A stretch of 64,000 nt of DNA. Origin: an uncultured delta proteobacterium. GTDB lineage: Bacteria > Myxococcota_A > Polyangia > Polyangiales > Houyiibacteriaceae. The notes below the pieces were generated by a model, which had not been told where the DNA came from, made no database searches, and saw only the letters and a program-made list of their open reading frames with translations. Each line of letters begins with the position of its first letter. Within the stretch, counting starts at the first letter, position 1. Positions 1 through 10,200 of the stretch are shown here, in pieces. The position numbers were made by a program, and so were the translations under genes. The stretch is from NCBI GenBank assembly GCA_963746475.1, contig CAVVBB010000001.1, positions 692,154 to 756,153 of the forward strand. The letters are read 5' to 3'.

Positions 1-1
1 A

Positions 2-358
2 GGAGAGTCGCTGAGCCCCGCGGGCCCCTTCGTCGCGGCCGCAGCGGCTGAAGGCTACAGGCGCGTCGCAGCCGGCGAGCCCATCCCGTACCACGGCTAC
101 TTCTACCGCATGCTCTACAGTCAGGGCGAGCACGCCCCTGGCGGCGCCAAGGCATACTTCGACGACGGCCTGCTCGTCGACGGCTTTGCGCTCATCGCAT
201 GGCCTGCAGAATACGGCGCTGGCGGCATCAAGACCTTCATCGTCAACCAGGACGGCACGGTCTATGAGAAAGACCTAGGGGCGGATACGGGAGACCTGGT
301 CGATACGATCCGAGTCTTCGACCCGGACCCCTCCTGGTCCAAAGTGGAAGCGCCCTAG
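2..358 (+). CDS. DUF2950-family protein, C-terminal part (5' end lies outside the window)
   Basis: The frame is open from the window edge. The translation ...PYHGYFYRMLYSQGEHAPGGAKAYFDDGLLVDGFALIAWPAEYGAGGIKTFIVNQDGTVYEKDLG resembles the conserved C-terminus of DUF2950 proteins (recognised from memory). Confidence 0.55.
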   Translation, partial: GESLSPAGPFVAAAAAEGYRRVAAGEPIPYHGYFYRMLYSQGEHAPGGAKAYFDDGLLVDGFALIAWPAEYGAGGIKTFIVNQDGTVYEKDLGADTGDLVDTIRVFDPDPSWSKVEAP

Positions 359-471
359 CAGCTACCGCAAAGCGCAGCCGCGCCGGGCCCAAGTGGGCCT
401 AGCGCCAGGCGGGCGACGATCGATCTATGCACGCTGGGAAGCGAATGTCTTGCGTGCTAAGGGGGGCCGAA

Positions 472-1296
472 ATGCGACTTACCTCTCTCGTGACGATGAC
501 CCTCATGACGGCCTCCCTTGCCCGGACCGCGTCGGCCGCCGACTCCTGCACGATCTTCTACAAGCTGACCGGCACCCTGCAGGTGACGGATACGACGATG
601 GGAAAGGGAGACGACACCATCGAGGACTTGAAAGGGTCCTTGGTCCTCGAGTTCAAAGAGCGCGATGGGGCTGTCGCCGACGGGAAGGTCAAGCTTCTTC
701 ACTTCTGGATGCAGCAGGACTTCAGGCTCGACAGCGTGGTCGACGTGACCACTACGCTTCATCACTACGCACCGAGCTGTAATGGCGTCGAGGAGCCGAG
801 CTGGCGCCGCCCCTCGGACCCTGGATTTCCAAAAGAGTGCCGCTATGACGGCAACGAGCGTGCCCTTGCAACAGGCGATCTCGATCGACTCGCCGGCAGA
901 ATCGACTGGGACCGCTGCAACGCCGCGAAGAGCTACTGGGCCAAAGGGAAGGACGAGTACACGTTCGAAGACAAGAGCCGGGGCAAGGGCTGCCTCGAGG
1001 ATATGCACGTAGCAGGCAACATCCACTGCAAAGGCAAGATCGGCTGTAAGTGGGGCAGCCTCAAGTCCGGCGACAACCCACAGTTCGACGTCTGGTCACA
1101 GCCCATGATCCACGGCCCAGACGGTTCCGCCGCTTCCCTGAGCATCTCCGAGGATCTCTCCAAAATCTACACGCCGCGTGGCAAGAAGGACGGCGGCTAC
1201 CAGTCGTATAATCTTCCGAACGACGCCCCCAGTCGTACCTGGATCAGCTGGACCGGCCGCCGCGACGACTCGAGCCCATACACGAGCTGCCCTTGA
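472..1296 (+). CDS. secreted Cys-containing hypothetical protein
   Basis: ATG at 472 is preceded by AAGGGGGG. The N-terminus MRLTSLVTMTLMTASLARTASAADS looks like a signal peptide. Third codon positions are GC-rich. I recognise no family. Confidence 0.5.
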   Translation: MRLTSLVTMTLMTASLARTASAADSCTIFYKLTGTLQVTDTTMGKGDDTIEDLKGSLVLEFKERDGAVADGKVKLLHFWMQQDFRLDSVVDVTTTLHHYAPSCNGVEEPSWRRPSDPGFPKECRYDGNERALATGDLDRLAGRIDWDRCNAAKSYWAKGKDEYTFEDKSRGKGCLEDMHVAGNIHCKGKIGCKWGSLKSGDNPQFDVWSQPMIHGPDGSAASLSISEDLSKIYTPRGKKDGGYQSYNLPNDAPSRTWISWTGRRDDSSPYTSCP

Positions 1297-1306
1297 GTTG
1301 CCCTCC

Positions 1307-1951
1307 TCAAAGCGCTCTTTGCATGCGAGGGGCGAGCTCGCGTTCGGGGCGCCGCAACATGCAGCGAAGACGTAAGCCATTCGGTAGGTTCTCGTCCTTC
1401 AGGACGGAAAAGCCGCGCCTCTCGTAACCTGCCGCCAAGTCGTCTTCGAAGGTTTCGAGGTAGCAGGCGACACCCTCGGATTCGGCGCGTCCGATGATGC
1501 GTCTCAGCAAATCGTAGCCGATGCCACGTCCTTGCTTCTGTGGCGCGACCCCCACCGCCAGCACGTACCAGTGAGACCTCGGCGCGAGCTCCAAGCGCCG
1601 CTTTTCCATGCGCAGCCCGAGAGCAAAGGCACGCCAGGTCGCCCGCCAGCCAAAGCGCCGAGGAAACGCCAAGAGACCGGCGCGCAAGAGCGTCCATGGC
1701 GATGGGGCCTGATCGGGCCTGAACACGAGAATGCCAGCATCGCAGTCTTTGCTGACGTGAATCTCACCGCAGCGCAGAGCGAGCCGCGCCGCGAAGCGAC
1801 CAAAAAACCAAGCCAGGGCAGCGAGCTTGTCTGGGTGCCCCGACAGAATGTAGGAGTAGTCGGGGGCGCGACTGAAGGCCCTCGCCAGCGCGAGGCCGAG
1901 CTGGTCGCTACGCTGATCTGCCGTGCGCAGCAGGGTGATGTCGACGGTCAT
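1307..1951 (-). CDS. GNAT-family N-acetyltransferase
   Basis: The acetyl-CoA binding signature VAPQKQGRGIGYDLL is followed by YLETF...YERRGF. ATG at 1951 is preceded by GGAGA and lies 16 nt after the desaturase stop. Confidence 0.75.
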   Translation of the reverse strand: MTVDITLLRTADQRSDQLGLALARAFSRAPDYSYILSGHPDKLAALAWFFGRFAARLALRCGEIHVSKDCDAGILVFRPDQAPSPWTLLRAGLLAFPRRFGWRATWRAFALGLRMEKRRLELAPRSHWYVLAVGVAPQKQGRGIGYDLLRRIIGRAESEGVACYLETFEDDLAAGYERRGFSVLKDENLPNGLRLRCMLRRPERELAPRMQRAL

Positions 1952-1967
1952 GATGATTCTCCGGTCT

Positions 1968-2930
1968 CTATGCGGTCGTATTCTGCGATGACGCAGTTCG
2001 TGCCCCGCCGATCGACAGACCTCCGGAAGTCGGCAGGTCCATCGACGTCCACAGCCGAGGTCCCTGCCTCATCCAACGAGATGCGAACTCGGCAACAGTC
2101 GGCGCTTGCACCGATTGCGTGCTCTGCAAGGCCTTCAGTCGTCTGGGTGCTTCAAACCAGCGCGTCTGCGGCCAAATGTGGTGCACGCGATGCAGGTTCC
2201 TATGGAGCATCAGCTGAGAGAAGAGCGACGGGACCCGTACGTCATGGGTGACGCTCCCTTGGTCCCTGGATGGCGTCGCTTCACGGATTTCGACTCCATA
2301 GTGCTCGGCCTGGCTGAACAGAAAATCGATCCAGGCGAATCCACAGAATGGGATGAGGTACGCCATCAGGAACGACTGCGGTGCCGTCACGGCAAAGGCC
2401 ATCACCGCAAAGAGCGTGAGGCCCAAGCCCAAACGCGCAAGCATCAAGCTCCCTCTCTTGGCGCTCGGTACGTAGCGAGCCGCGAGCCGATTGATGGACA
2501 TCGCGACCCAGACCTGTGCTGCCGGCGCGATGGGCCAGATCCAACGCGTGCTCGGGCTACCCGCGTACAACAGGCCCTCCGGGTCGGCCTCGTCGCAAGT
2601 ATGGCGGTGGTGTTCGAAATGAAAATACCGATAGGCGACCAAGTTGAAACCTATCAAACCCGCCGCGATCGTTCCGAGCAGCTCATTGGCCATCTTCGAC
2701 GACACGAAGTTTCGATGCACGCTCTGGTGCGTCAACTCGAGCATCCCTACGAAGAAGAAGCTCTGCACGACCACCAAGGGCAGCACGAGCAGCGATCCAG
2801 GGTAGGCGCTAATCACCACCGTATTGAGCGCGGCCAGTGTGACGTAGACGTAGCTAGGCCAGCTGGCCCTGGCAAAACGAGGCACGCGGAGCGCGCCCTT
2901 CGGCTCGGCCGATGTCAGGTGTTTGCTCAT
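1968..2930 (-). CDS. membrane fatty-acid desaturase family protein
   Basis: Three His boxes are present (HQSVHRN, HFEHHRH, HRVHHIW) together with hydrophobic segments. ATG at 2930 overlaps the upstream stop as ATGA (2927-2930). The track ORF start at 3005 is rejected in favour of this coupled start. Confidence 0.8.
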   Translation of the reverse strand: MSKHLTSAEPKGALRVPRFARASWPSYVYVTLAALNTVVISAYPGSLLVLPLVVVQSFFFVGMLELTHQSVHRNFVSSKMANELLGTIAAGLIGFNLVAYRYFHFEHHRHTCDEADPEGLLYAGSPSTRWIWPIAPAAQVWVAMSINRLAARYVPSAKRGSLMLARLGLGLTLFAVMAFAVTAPQSFLMAYLIPFCGFAWIDFLFSQAEHYGVEIREATPSRDQGSVTHDVRVPSLFSQLMLHRNLHRVHHIWPQTRWFEAPRRLKALQSTQSVQAPTVAEFASRWMRQGPRLWTSMDLPTSGGLSIGGARTASSQNTTA

Positions 2931-5900
2931 GACCTTGCACTCAGCGAATGGGCGTTGTGCGTCGGGCGGGCAGCAAGCGCAGGATGACCGAGCGAATTGG
3001 CGCAAACCTGGGTTCGCTCGGCCGTCGTCCCTCGGACCGGGGCGCAGCTCGGCTCGGGCCGTACGGTGTCCTGCGGTTCGGACGCGTTAGCGAAGAGCTC
3101 GAATCGCTGCTCCGTCAACTTGTCGAAGACACTCATGATTGCACGCCTGTGATCACCGATGTCCACGCATGCGCAAACGCCATGGCCTCCCGAGTGCTGG
3201 TCCGGCGGATACCCGTTTCGCAGCAGACGGAACGGACGGTGCGTCCCGACCCACAGCTCGCGGAAGAAGGCCAAGAACGCATCCCGCGGGGTGCCATCGG
3301 CGAGTTCGAGACGCATGTAGTCTTCGGGACGGATGTCCTCGCTGGCCCGTGCCTCGGCGAACCCCGGCATCGCCAGACAGGCGAACACACGCTCCATGCG
3401 AGTTTCCTTCATCAGCGAGAGCGCGTTGAGAACCATCAGTCGGTGCGCCTGTTTGCTGTGCTCGCGGGCAATGCCGGCGGCCACGAGATACAGCTGTTTG
3501 CCTCGAGGGTCGAACGTCGAGCGTAGTCGACCTTGATCGGTAGCGTCGTCCCAAGAACGAATCTCTTCGGGAGACTTGTTCGTCGGTTGCATGATGTACC
3601 AACCGACCACTTCGCTATCGCCCCGGGCCGACGTCCTCTCGAGGAGCCAAAGCCAGGGTATCTCTCCGCTGTTTAGGATCTCGAGCTGATGCCTGATGAA
3701 ATCCGCGTCGTCCGTCGCGTCCTCGCCGAGCCAACCGTACTCGCTTTGATCGAGCCGGTGAATGACAGGGACGTCTTCAAGACGCGCCGGTCGCACCGCC
3801 CAGCTCCCTAGCTTGAAACCGGAGGTGCAGTCGCGCTCGCGAAGTAGAGCGCGCCGCAAAGCGTACAGTTCGTCGATGGTGCCCCCCGGTGATTGCGCAC
3901 GTACCTCATCGAGTGTTTCCTGCCTTTGGGGGCCCTCCGCGAAGGAACGGCTCAGCTCGCGGATGCTGAGTTTGTTGAAGAACTGAGCAATCGACAGCTC
4001 TTCCTGAGTCTGTTTTTCGTATTCCTGGCAGAACTCGATCGCCGTGAGCGACCCCATGCCCTGATGGGGCAGCGGCACCTGCACGTCGACGGCTTCGGAA
4101 TTCGGTAGATTGAGCAGTTGTCCAGCGATGTCACGCATCATGGTTTCACGTTGGCTCAAGGGTCCGCGACCGTCAGAGCGCTCCCTCCGTGCAGAGATCG
4201 ACTGCGGCTGCGGCTGCGGTGGAGCCGCGACCTTCGCCTGCAAGACATACAGCGCCTTGTCGACCAAGCGTCCATCCAGCCAGCGGCTCCTGCAGGCTTG
4301 ACGCCGCACCTTACCGCTGGTCGTTTTCAGGACGCTCCCCACCGGGGCGAGCACAATGGCGTGACAGGCTATTTGCTGGCTCTGCAACACCGCGCTTTGC
4401 AGCTTTTGGGCGAGCGCCCGCAACTCGGCGACCGAAGAGCGAGGGTTGCGCACTTCAGCCAGCAACACGAGTTTCTCTTCGACTTGTTCTGCGGACTCGA
4501 CCTCGACGCTGAAGCACGCCACCCCGCCTGGTTTCAGGCGCTCGTCTTCGAGCTGAACACAGTCTTCTACATCCTGCGGGTACAAGTTTCGCCCCGCCAG
4601 GATGAGCATGTCTTTGATGCGCCCGCAAATGTAGAGCTGTCCGTCACGGACGAAGCCGAGGTCCCCAGTACGCAAATAGCGATGCTGTTCATCGCCCACC
4701 AATCTTGCGGAGAACGATCGCACGTCGTCCTGATCGAGTTTCCAATACCCGGCGGCTTTACTAGGCGAATCGACCCAAATTTCGCCCACTTCGTCATCTT
4801 CACATTCCGTAGACGTCTCCGGATCGACGATCTTAAGCCGCACGTCTTGCGACCAAGTCCCGGAGCTGACGAGCTCGATGCTGTCTCGCACGGCTTCATC
4901 GCAGACTCGAACTTTGCGTTTCACCTCGAGCTCATGCTTGTCGATTTGGCAGACGGTACCGCCAGAAAAGCTGACGGCCACCGTGTGTTCCGCCAAGCCG
5001 TAGGCGGGCAAGTACGCTTCGGGCCTGAGCCCCGCGACCGCGAATGCCTCTAAAAAGCGGCGCGAAGTGGACGCCCGCACCGGCTCCGCCGCGCTCATCA
5101 CCACCTGTAGTGAGCTGAGATCCCACTGCGCTCTCTGCTCAGGGCTCGTTTTTCGCAGGGCAAGCTCGTAGGCGAAGTTCGGAGCCGCCGTGTGCGTCGC
5201 TCGGAGCTCGTGCATCAGCTCGAACCACAGCGCCGGACGCTTGATGAAATCGAGCGGCGAGAACAGTGTCAATTCCAGATTACCACCCAGTGCATTGAGG
5301 ATTCCGCCAATCAAGCCCATGTCATGGTATTGAGGAACCCACAGGACGCCTCTCGAGTGCTCGTTCATGCCCAGGCCTTCGCGGCTGAGCTCGATCTGAT
5401 GCAGAAGATTGCCATGGGTGATGACGACGCCTTTTGGAGTGGACGTCGAGCCAGATGTGTATTGAATCAGCGCGACGTCATTCGCGGCAGCCTCCGGACC
5501 ATACACCGGAGCGTAATCCCCGGCGCATACGTCGTCGGTCGTGACCCAGCGCAGATCGATCGCCCACTTGCTCCGCTTCAAGCTGAGAAAGTCTTGCACC
5601 ACGGAAAGCTTGCGAGTGCGCGCATAGGCGCGGTTGGTCACCACCAAGCGTGCGTCACAATCGACCGCGACCTTGTTGAAGGCCGCCATCCCCTTGTCCG
5701 CGTGCAGGGGATTGGGTGGATAGACAGGAACGGGGATCAGACCGGCGCGAATGCAACTTGCAAAGGCCAGCACGAAATCGAGCGACGGCGGATACACCAG
5801 GAGCACCCTGTCTCCCACACGGAGCTTACACCTGCTGCGTAGGAAGCCCGTGAGGGCATCGACCTTCAGTCGCAGCTCCTGCCAGCTGAGGGTTTGCTCA

Positions 5901-5998
5901 ATCTGCCCCTTGTCATTGGCAAAAGAGTAAACGGTCTTGGATGGGCTCTGCTCCGAGTAGTGCGAGAGCGCCGAAAAGAGAGTGTCGTGATGGGTCAT
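2927..5998 (-). CDS. fatty acyl-AMP ligase (FAAL) - acyl carrier domain - GNAT-like acyltransferase tridomain protein
   Basis: FAAL motifs are QYTSGSTSTPKGVVITHGNL, YGLAEHT, YLRTGDLGF and GRIKDMLILAGRNLYPQD. The carrier motif is GMGSLTAIEF, with the Ser codon near 4049-4051. The C-terminal ~240 aa look GNAT-like (VVGWYIMQP, LYLVAAGIAREHSKQAHRLMVLNAL). An alternative ATG lies at 6064. Confidence 0.85.
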   Translation of the reverse strand: MTHHDTLFSALSHYSEQSPSKTVYSFANDKGQIEQTLSWQELRLKVDALTGFLRSRCKLRVGDRVLLVYPPSLDFVLAFASCIRAGLIPVPVYPPNPLHADKGMAAFNKVAVDCDARLVVTNRAYARTRKLSVVQDFLSLKRSKWAIDLRWVTTDDVCAGDYAPVYGPEAAANDVALIQYTSGSTSTPKGVVITHGNLLHQIELSREGLGMNEHSRGVLWVPQYHDMGLIGGILNALGGNLELTLFSPLDFIKRPALWFELMHELRATHTAAPNFAYELALRKTSPEQRAQWDLSSLQVVMSAAEPVRASTSRRFLEAFAVAGLRPEAYLPAYGLAEHTVAVSFSGGTVCQIDKHELEVKRKVRVCDEAVRDSIELVSSGTWSQDVRLKIVDPETSTECEDDEVGEIWVDSPSKAAGYWKLDQDDVRSFSARLVGDEQHRYLRTGDLGFVRDGQLYICGRIKDMLILAGRNLYPQDVEDCVQLEDERLKPGGVACFSVEVESAEQVEEKLVLLAEVRNPRSSVAELRALAQKLQSAVLQSQQIACHAIVLAPVGSVLKTTSGKVRRQACRSRWLDGRLVDKALYVLQAKVAAPPQPQPQSISARRERSDGRGPLSQRETMMRDIAGQLLNLPNSEAVDVQVPLPHQGMGSLTAIEFCQEYEKQTQEELSIAQFFNKLSIRELSRSFAEGPQRQETLDEVRAQSPGGTIDELYALRRALLRERDCTSGFKLGSWAVRPARLEDVPVIHRLDQSEYGWLGEDATDDADFIRHQLEILNSGEIPWLWLLERTSARGDSEVVGWYIMQPTNKSPEEIRSWDDATDQGRLRSTFDPRGKQLYLVAAGIAREHSKQAHRLMVLNALSLMKETRMERVFACLAMPGFAEARASEDIRPEDYMRLELADGTPRDAFLAFFRELWVGTHRPFRLLRNGYPPDQHSGGHGVCACVDIGDHRRAIMSVFDKLTEQRFELFANASEPQDTVRPEPSCAPVRGTTAERTQVCANSLGHPALAARPTHNAHSLSARS

Positions 5999-6110
5999 CT
6001 GCCTAAGCCTTTCATTGTCCTTGATACGCAGGGCGGAACGCTTAGGTCGGTCACCCGCGTCCATACTCGAATGAATAGGACGACATCTGAGCGCGAGTCA
6101 GATGGACAGA

Positions 6111-6152
6111 GCGCTTAAGGCGCTTAGGAAAACCCGCGTCGACGCTTAAGCG
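6111..6152. promoter_or_regulatory. clustered GCTTA(A/G)G motifs in the intergenic region upstream of the FAAL gene
   Basis: GCGCTTAAG (6111-6119) is followed directly by GCGCTTAGG (6120-6128). A perfect 10-bp palindrome CGCTTAAGCG lies at 6143-6152. This is a candidate operator, and its function is not demonstrated. Confidence 0.25.
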
Positions 6153-6189
6153 ACGCAGAGCTTGCCGGCGATGACGGGGCGAAGCGGGC

Positions 6190-7227
6190 CTACTTGGCGG
6201 AGGCGACCTGGAGCATGCGCGCGCCGCGCGCGTCCTCGGGCAGCAGGTCCTCGGCGCTGCACGTCGCCTGGTATCCGGCGACCGTGTCGTGCGCGATGTC
6301 AGCGAGGAAGCTCGCCACTTCTGCCTCCTTCGCCGAAGCGAGCTTTCCAGCGTAGCGCGCGGGCACGGGCAAGCCCTGGGAGCTCACGCCGTAGAGGGTC
6401 TCGTAGAACACGCATGCCGCGAGATAGCCGCCCTGCGGGGTAAGATGCAGGAAGTCGCTCTTCTGAAGTTGAATGGGCAGCTCCGAACGTTCGGCAGCGG
6501 CGCGCTCGGCAGCACGAAAGGCCGGGCCCACGGGCGCATTCAGTACCGGCGTGCCTGCCTTGTCGGCGGCCCGCCGGATGCACTCGAAGCGCGCGTTGAT
6601 TCTCGGCTGCGGCGCGACGTTGTTCGCGAGCGCCGGACCGACGTAGTTGACCCAGGTCGTCTTCGGCAGGGTTTCGCGAACTTGCCCGATGAAGGCGTAC
6701 TTGTTTGCCGTGTGTCGACGGGGCGAGTCGAAGCGCGAGGGCATCAGCTTGCCGAACCAGTGAAACAGGCTTGGATGCTCGAAGGAGTCCTGTCCGAGCA
6801 GATGCATGAAGCCCACCCCCACGACGTAGGTCCAGGGAACCTCGCCGTACTGCTTTAGCTTTTCGCGAGCCTGGCCGGGACCGTCGACCCAATAGCCGAG
6901 GTCGTGCGGCCCCTCGGCGAAGCCGAGCGAGCGACCTTCGGGAATCGTCGTGCGCCCGTCTGCGATGGCGAGCCGATGGATGTCGGCTACCAAAGCAGGG
7001 ATGTCGAGCGCGGGGTCCTGATTCGCCTGGTCCCCGGGCGCCTTGAGCAAACTGTGACCAAACCAGAGCACGTGGACGGCACCCTTCTGAAGAGGCCTTG
7101 GCTCAGGCCCCTCGGCTTCCGGCTCCTCTCGGTTCTGCCAGATCGAGTCGAGATCCAGGTCTTGGTTCGAGCCACAGGCCAGGGCGCCCGAAAGAAGCAT
7201 CAGCAAACCGCCCAAGCGCACTCGCAC
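6190..7227 (-). CDS. SGNH/GDSL-like hydrolase-fold lipoprotein (putative)
   Basis: GTG at 7227 lies 4 nt after the PKS stop. The signal is MRVRLGGLLMLLSGALAC with a lipobox-like ALAC. Block I-like VLWFGHSLL and block V-like DFLHLTPQGGYLAA are present. Confidence 0.5.
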   Translation of the reverse strand: MRVRLGGLLMLLSGALACGSNQDLDLDSIWQNREEPEAEGPEPRPLQKGAVHVLWFGHSLLKAPGDQANQDPALDIPALVADIHRLAIADGRTTIPEGRSLGFAEGPHDLGYWVDGPGQAREKLKQYGEVPWTYVVGVGFMHLLGQDSFEHPSLFHWFGKLMPSRFDSPRRHTANKYAFIGQVRETLPKTTWVNYVGPALANNVAPQPRINARFECIRRAADKAGTPVLNAPVGPAFRAAERAAAERSELPIQLQKSDFLHLTPQGGYLAACVFYETLYGVSSQGLPVPARYAGKLASAKEAEVASFLADIAHDTVAGYQATCSAEDLLPEDARGARMLQVASAK

Positions 7228-7231
7228 CGTG

Positions 7232-10200
7232 TCACTCCGCTGCTTCGCGCTGCGCCACGTCGAGCGCGCGAATGAGCTCCGTCGCCAAGTGGCGCGCGTA
7301 CGGCTCGCTGCACATGGTCTCGTGATCACCCAGCACGACCGTGACCGCGAGATCTGGAATCAGTTCCCCCCAGCCCAGGGCATCGTCGAATCGGAGGCGC
7401 GTTCCCATCTCGCGCTCCTCGTGACTGACACGAAAGAGGTGCGCAGGGCCGCCCTTGTAGGGCTTTGGCGCGTATCGACTTTCGGCCTGCAGCCAGGCCA
7501 CCCGCATGTTGTCGTTCCGGAACTGGTACGGGAAGGCTTTGGCCAGTGGCCGAACGATGGCGTCCTTCGCCGAGTCGATCACGTCGCCGGCGCCGTCGAC
7601 CACCTTGCCGAGCGCGTAGGAGGCGCCCCCTTCACGCAACCGAAGGGTATGCATCCGCAGGCGCTCGCGCCGATTTCGCTCTGGCATCACCGGACACAGA
7701 CTGTCCAGCATGAAGAGCAGGCCCACCTCTTCGCCTTGCTGCGTCAACTGCTGGGCCAGCTCGTAGGCTGCCGTTCCGCCACCGGAGAAGCCGCCGATGT
7801 AGTACGGACCCCGTGGCTGCACCTCACGCATGTCCCTAAGGTACTCGGCCGCCATCTCTTCGACGGACTCGTGCGGGGCCTCCCTGCCGTCAGTGCCGCG
7901 GTGCTGCAAGCCATAGAAAGGTTGCTCATCGCCGAGGTAATAGGCCAGGTGTCGCAGGTTCATCGGATTTCCGCCCATGCCCGCGGCACAGAAGATTGGC
8001 GGCAGCGACCCACTCGTTCGAATGGGGACGACCGTGCTCTTCGCCTTTTTTCGCACTTCCGCCTTTGGTTTGCCCGACCGCTCATCGGCCGCACCGAGCT
8101 CCTCCCGCAGCAATGCCGCGAGGGACTCCACCGTGGGGGCCTCGAACAGCACCGAGATGGCAAGCTCGACGCCGAACTCCCTGCGGACGAGATTGAAGAG
8201 ACGCACGGCGATCAAGGAGTGTCCACCGAGATCGAAGAAGCTGTCCTGCACGCCCACGCCATCGACACCCAGAAGGGAAGACCACATCTGCGCAATCGCC
8301 TCTTCCCAGCGATCTCGGGGAGCCAGGTACGGGCTCTTGAGCTCGGGGCGCTCCAGCGCCAGCGAAGCCTCGCTGCTCCGCACGCTAGCCTCGGTCTGCC
8401 GGGCCAGGCTCGGCAAGTCGATCGACGTGTAGATCGGCGTCGCCGAGACCTTGCGCGAGGAGATCACCGTTTCGAAGGCTTGCGCGCCTTCTTCAGGCGT
8501 GATCCCCAAAGAGAGCATGTTCTGAAACGCGCGCTGTGCCGGGGTCAGCAAAGCCGACGGCACCGACGCCCGCGACCCCTTCGTGGCGGCTGGGGTCGCA
8601 CTCACCGCCCGCCCCAGTTGCATCCCCGGCGTGAGGCGCCTGAGAGAGAACCCCTCGATGCTCGCGACCAGCTCTCCGTCTGTCGTCGTGATGCTGATGT
8701 CGAAGGTCGCGGTCTCGCCGCAAACCTCGTTGTCGCCGGCGTTTCGGACCCAGCTCAGGACCCTCGGAGGCAAACTGCGACTCACTTTGATGGAGCGATA
8801 CGTCATGGGCACCCAGAGCTCGGAGCCCTCGTATCCCTCGATCAGCCGCATCGCACAGCCGGTGGCCAGGTCGAGCAGAGCCGGATGCATGGAGAAGTCG
8901 CTCACTTCGCCCGCAAACTCGTCGCTCAGCGAAAGCTCCGCGAGCGCCTCTCCTTCTCCGTAGGCGACCCGGCGCAGCACAGCCCAGCGGGGCCCGAAGC
9001 GAATGTGTCGTTCCTGATCGGAAGGCAAAGCGCGGACCCCGTCCCCGAGCCGCGAGACTCGGCAACGGTCCTCGATGCTCCGGAGCGGAAGGTATTTGGT
9101 CTCGCGGCTGCGGCGTAAGAGCTTAACCTCGCCTTCTGCGTGTAGCTCCCAGTCTCGGGAGGCTCCGTCCAGCTCCGAAGTGCTCTGCACCTCGACGCTG
9201 TAGGCACCGCTGCCGTCCTGCTGCAGCACGACGCGGAACATTCGCTCCTCGTCGTCGTCCAGATCGAGCGGGCTGAGAAAGGAAAGGTTCTGAATGCGTA
9301 TCGGCGTGTCTGGGACCAGCTCTTCCATCGCTGCGGTCACGAGCTGGACGAAGCCCGTGCCGGGCACGAGCGCACGACCGTCGGCCCGGCGGTGCCCATC
9401 GAGCAGCCAGTGCCGACGCGGGCTCAAGGTTCCGAGGAAGCGGGTTTGTCCGTCTTCGGTCTCCTCGCAGGCGGTGAACAACGGAAACTTCGTCGTGGGG
9501 CCAGGAAAGACCTTGCTTCGCTTCGCGCCGCGCATCTCTGCGGCCGCGCTGGCGGCCATGCCGACCTCTGCCCAGACGCCCCAGTTGAGGGCGGTGAACG
9601 GGCGTCCTTCGGCACGCCTCAGTTTCGCGTGCGCATTGAGATAGGCATTGGCGGCCACGTAGTCGACCTGGCCGGCCGGCCCGATCGCCGTGCTGGTCGA
9701 AGAGCAGGTGACGAAGAAGTCCAGTCGTCGATCGGCGAAGAGCGTGTCGAGGACCCGAGTCCCATGAACCTTGGGCGCGAGGACGGCCCCGATCTCGTCG
9801 ACGGTCTTCGTTTCTGCCAGTCCGTCACGCAGGAGGCCCGCAGCATGGACGACTCCGTCGACCCGACCGAAGGCGCCTTCGATGGTCTGGAGCACGGTCC
9901 GCATGGCCTCGAGGTCACTGACGTCGGCCGGTGTGAGCAATACCTCCGCGCCCAGCTCTTCGAGCTCCTGGACGCGACGAATCATCAGGCTGACGGAGTC
10001 ATTGGGGCCATGAAGACGTAGCCAGGTCTCACGCTGCGATCGCTTCGGAAGGCTCGTTCGGCCGACGAGCGCCAGCCGACAGCCGCGACTGGCCATGCGA
10101 CGCGCCAAGGCGAAGCCAATGCCGCCGAGCCCGCCGGTGATGAGATAGACTCCGCCCTCCTTGATGGAAGCCCCATCTCCGTCGATGAGCGGGGCCGAGC

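Noticed and set aside
6064-6064. ATG at 6064 as the FAAL start, which would add 22 aa.
   Set aside because: FAAL homology begins at MTHHDTLFSAL (ATG at 5998), and the extra residues are basic and unconserved in appearance. I keep it as a possible alternative only.
7229-9118. Long plus-strand ORFs antisense to the megasynthase genes. Examples are 7229-9118 (629 aa), 12674-13645, 14216-16789 (857 aa) and 17639-18355.
   Set aside because: They lie entirely inside strongly motif-supported minus-strand PKS/NRPS genes. Their translations are Arg/Gly/His-rich low-complexity sequence typical of shadow ORFs in high-GC DNA.
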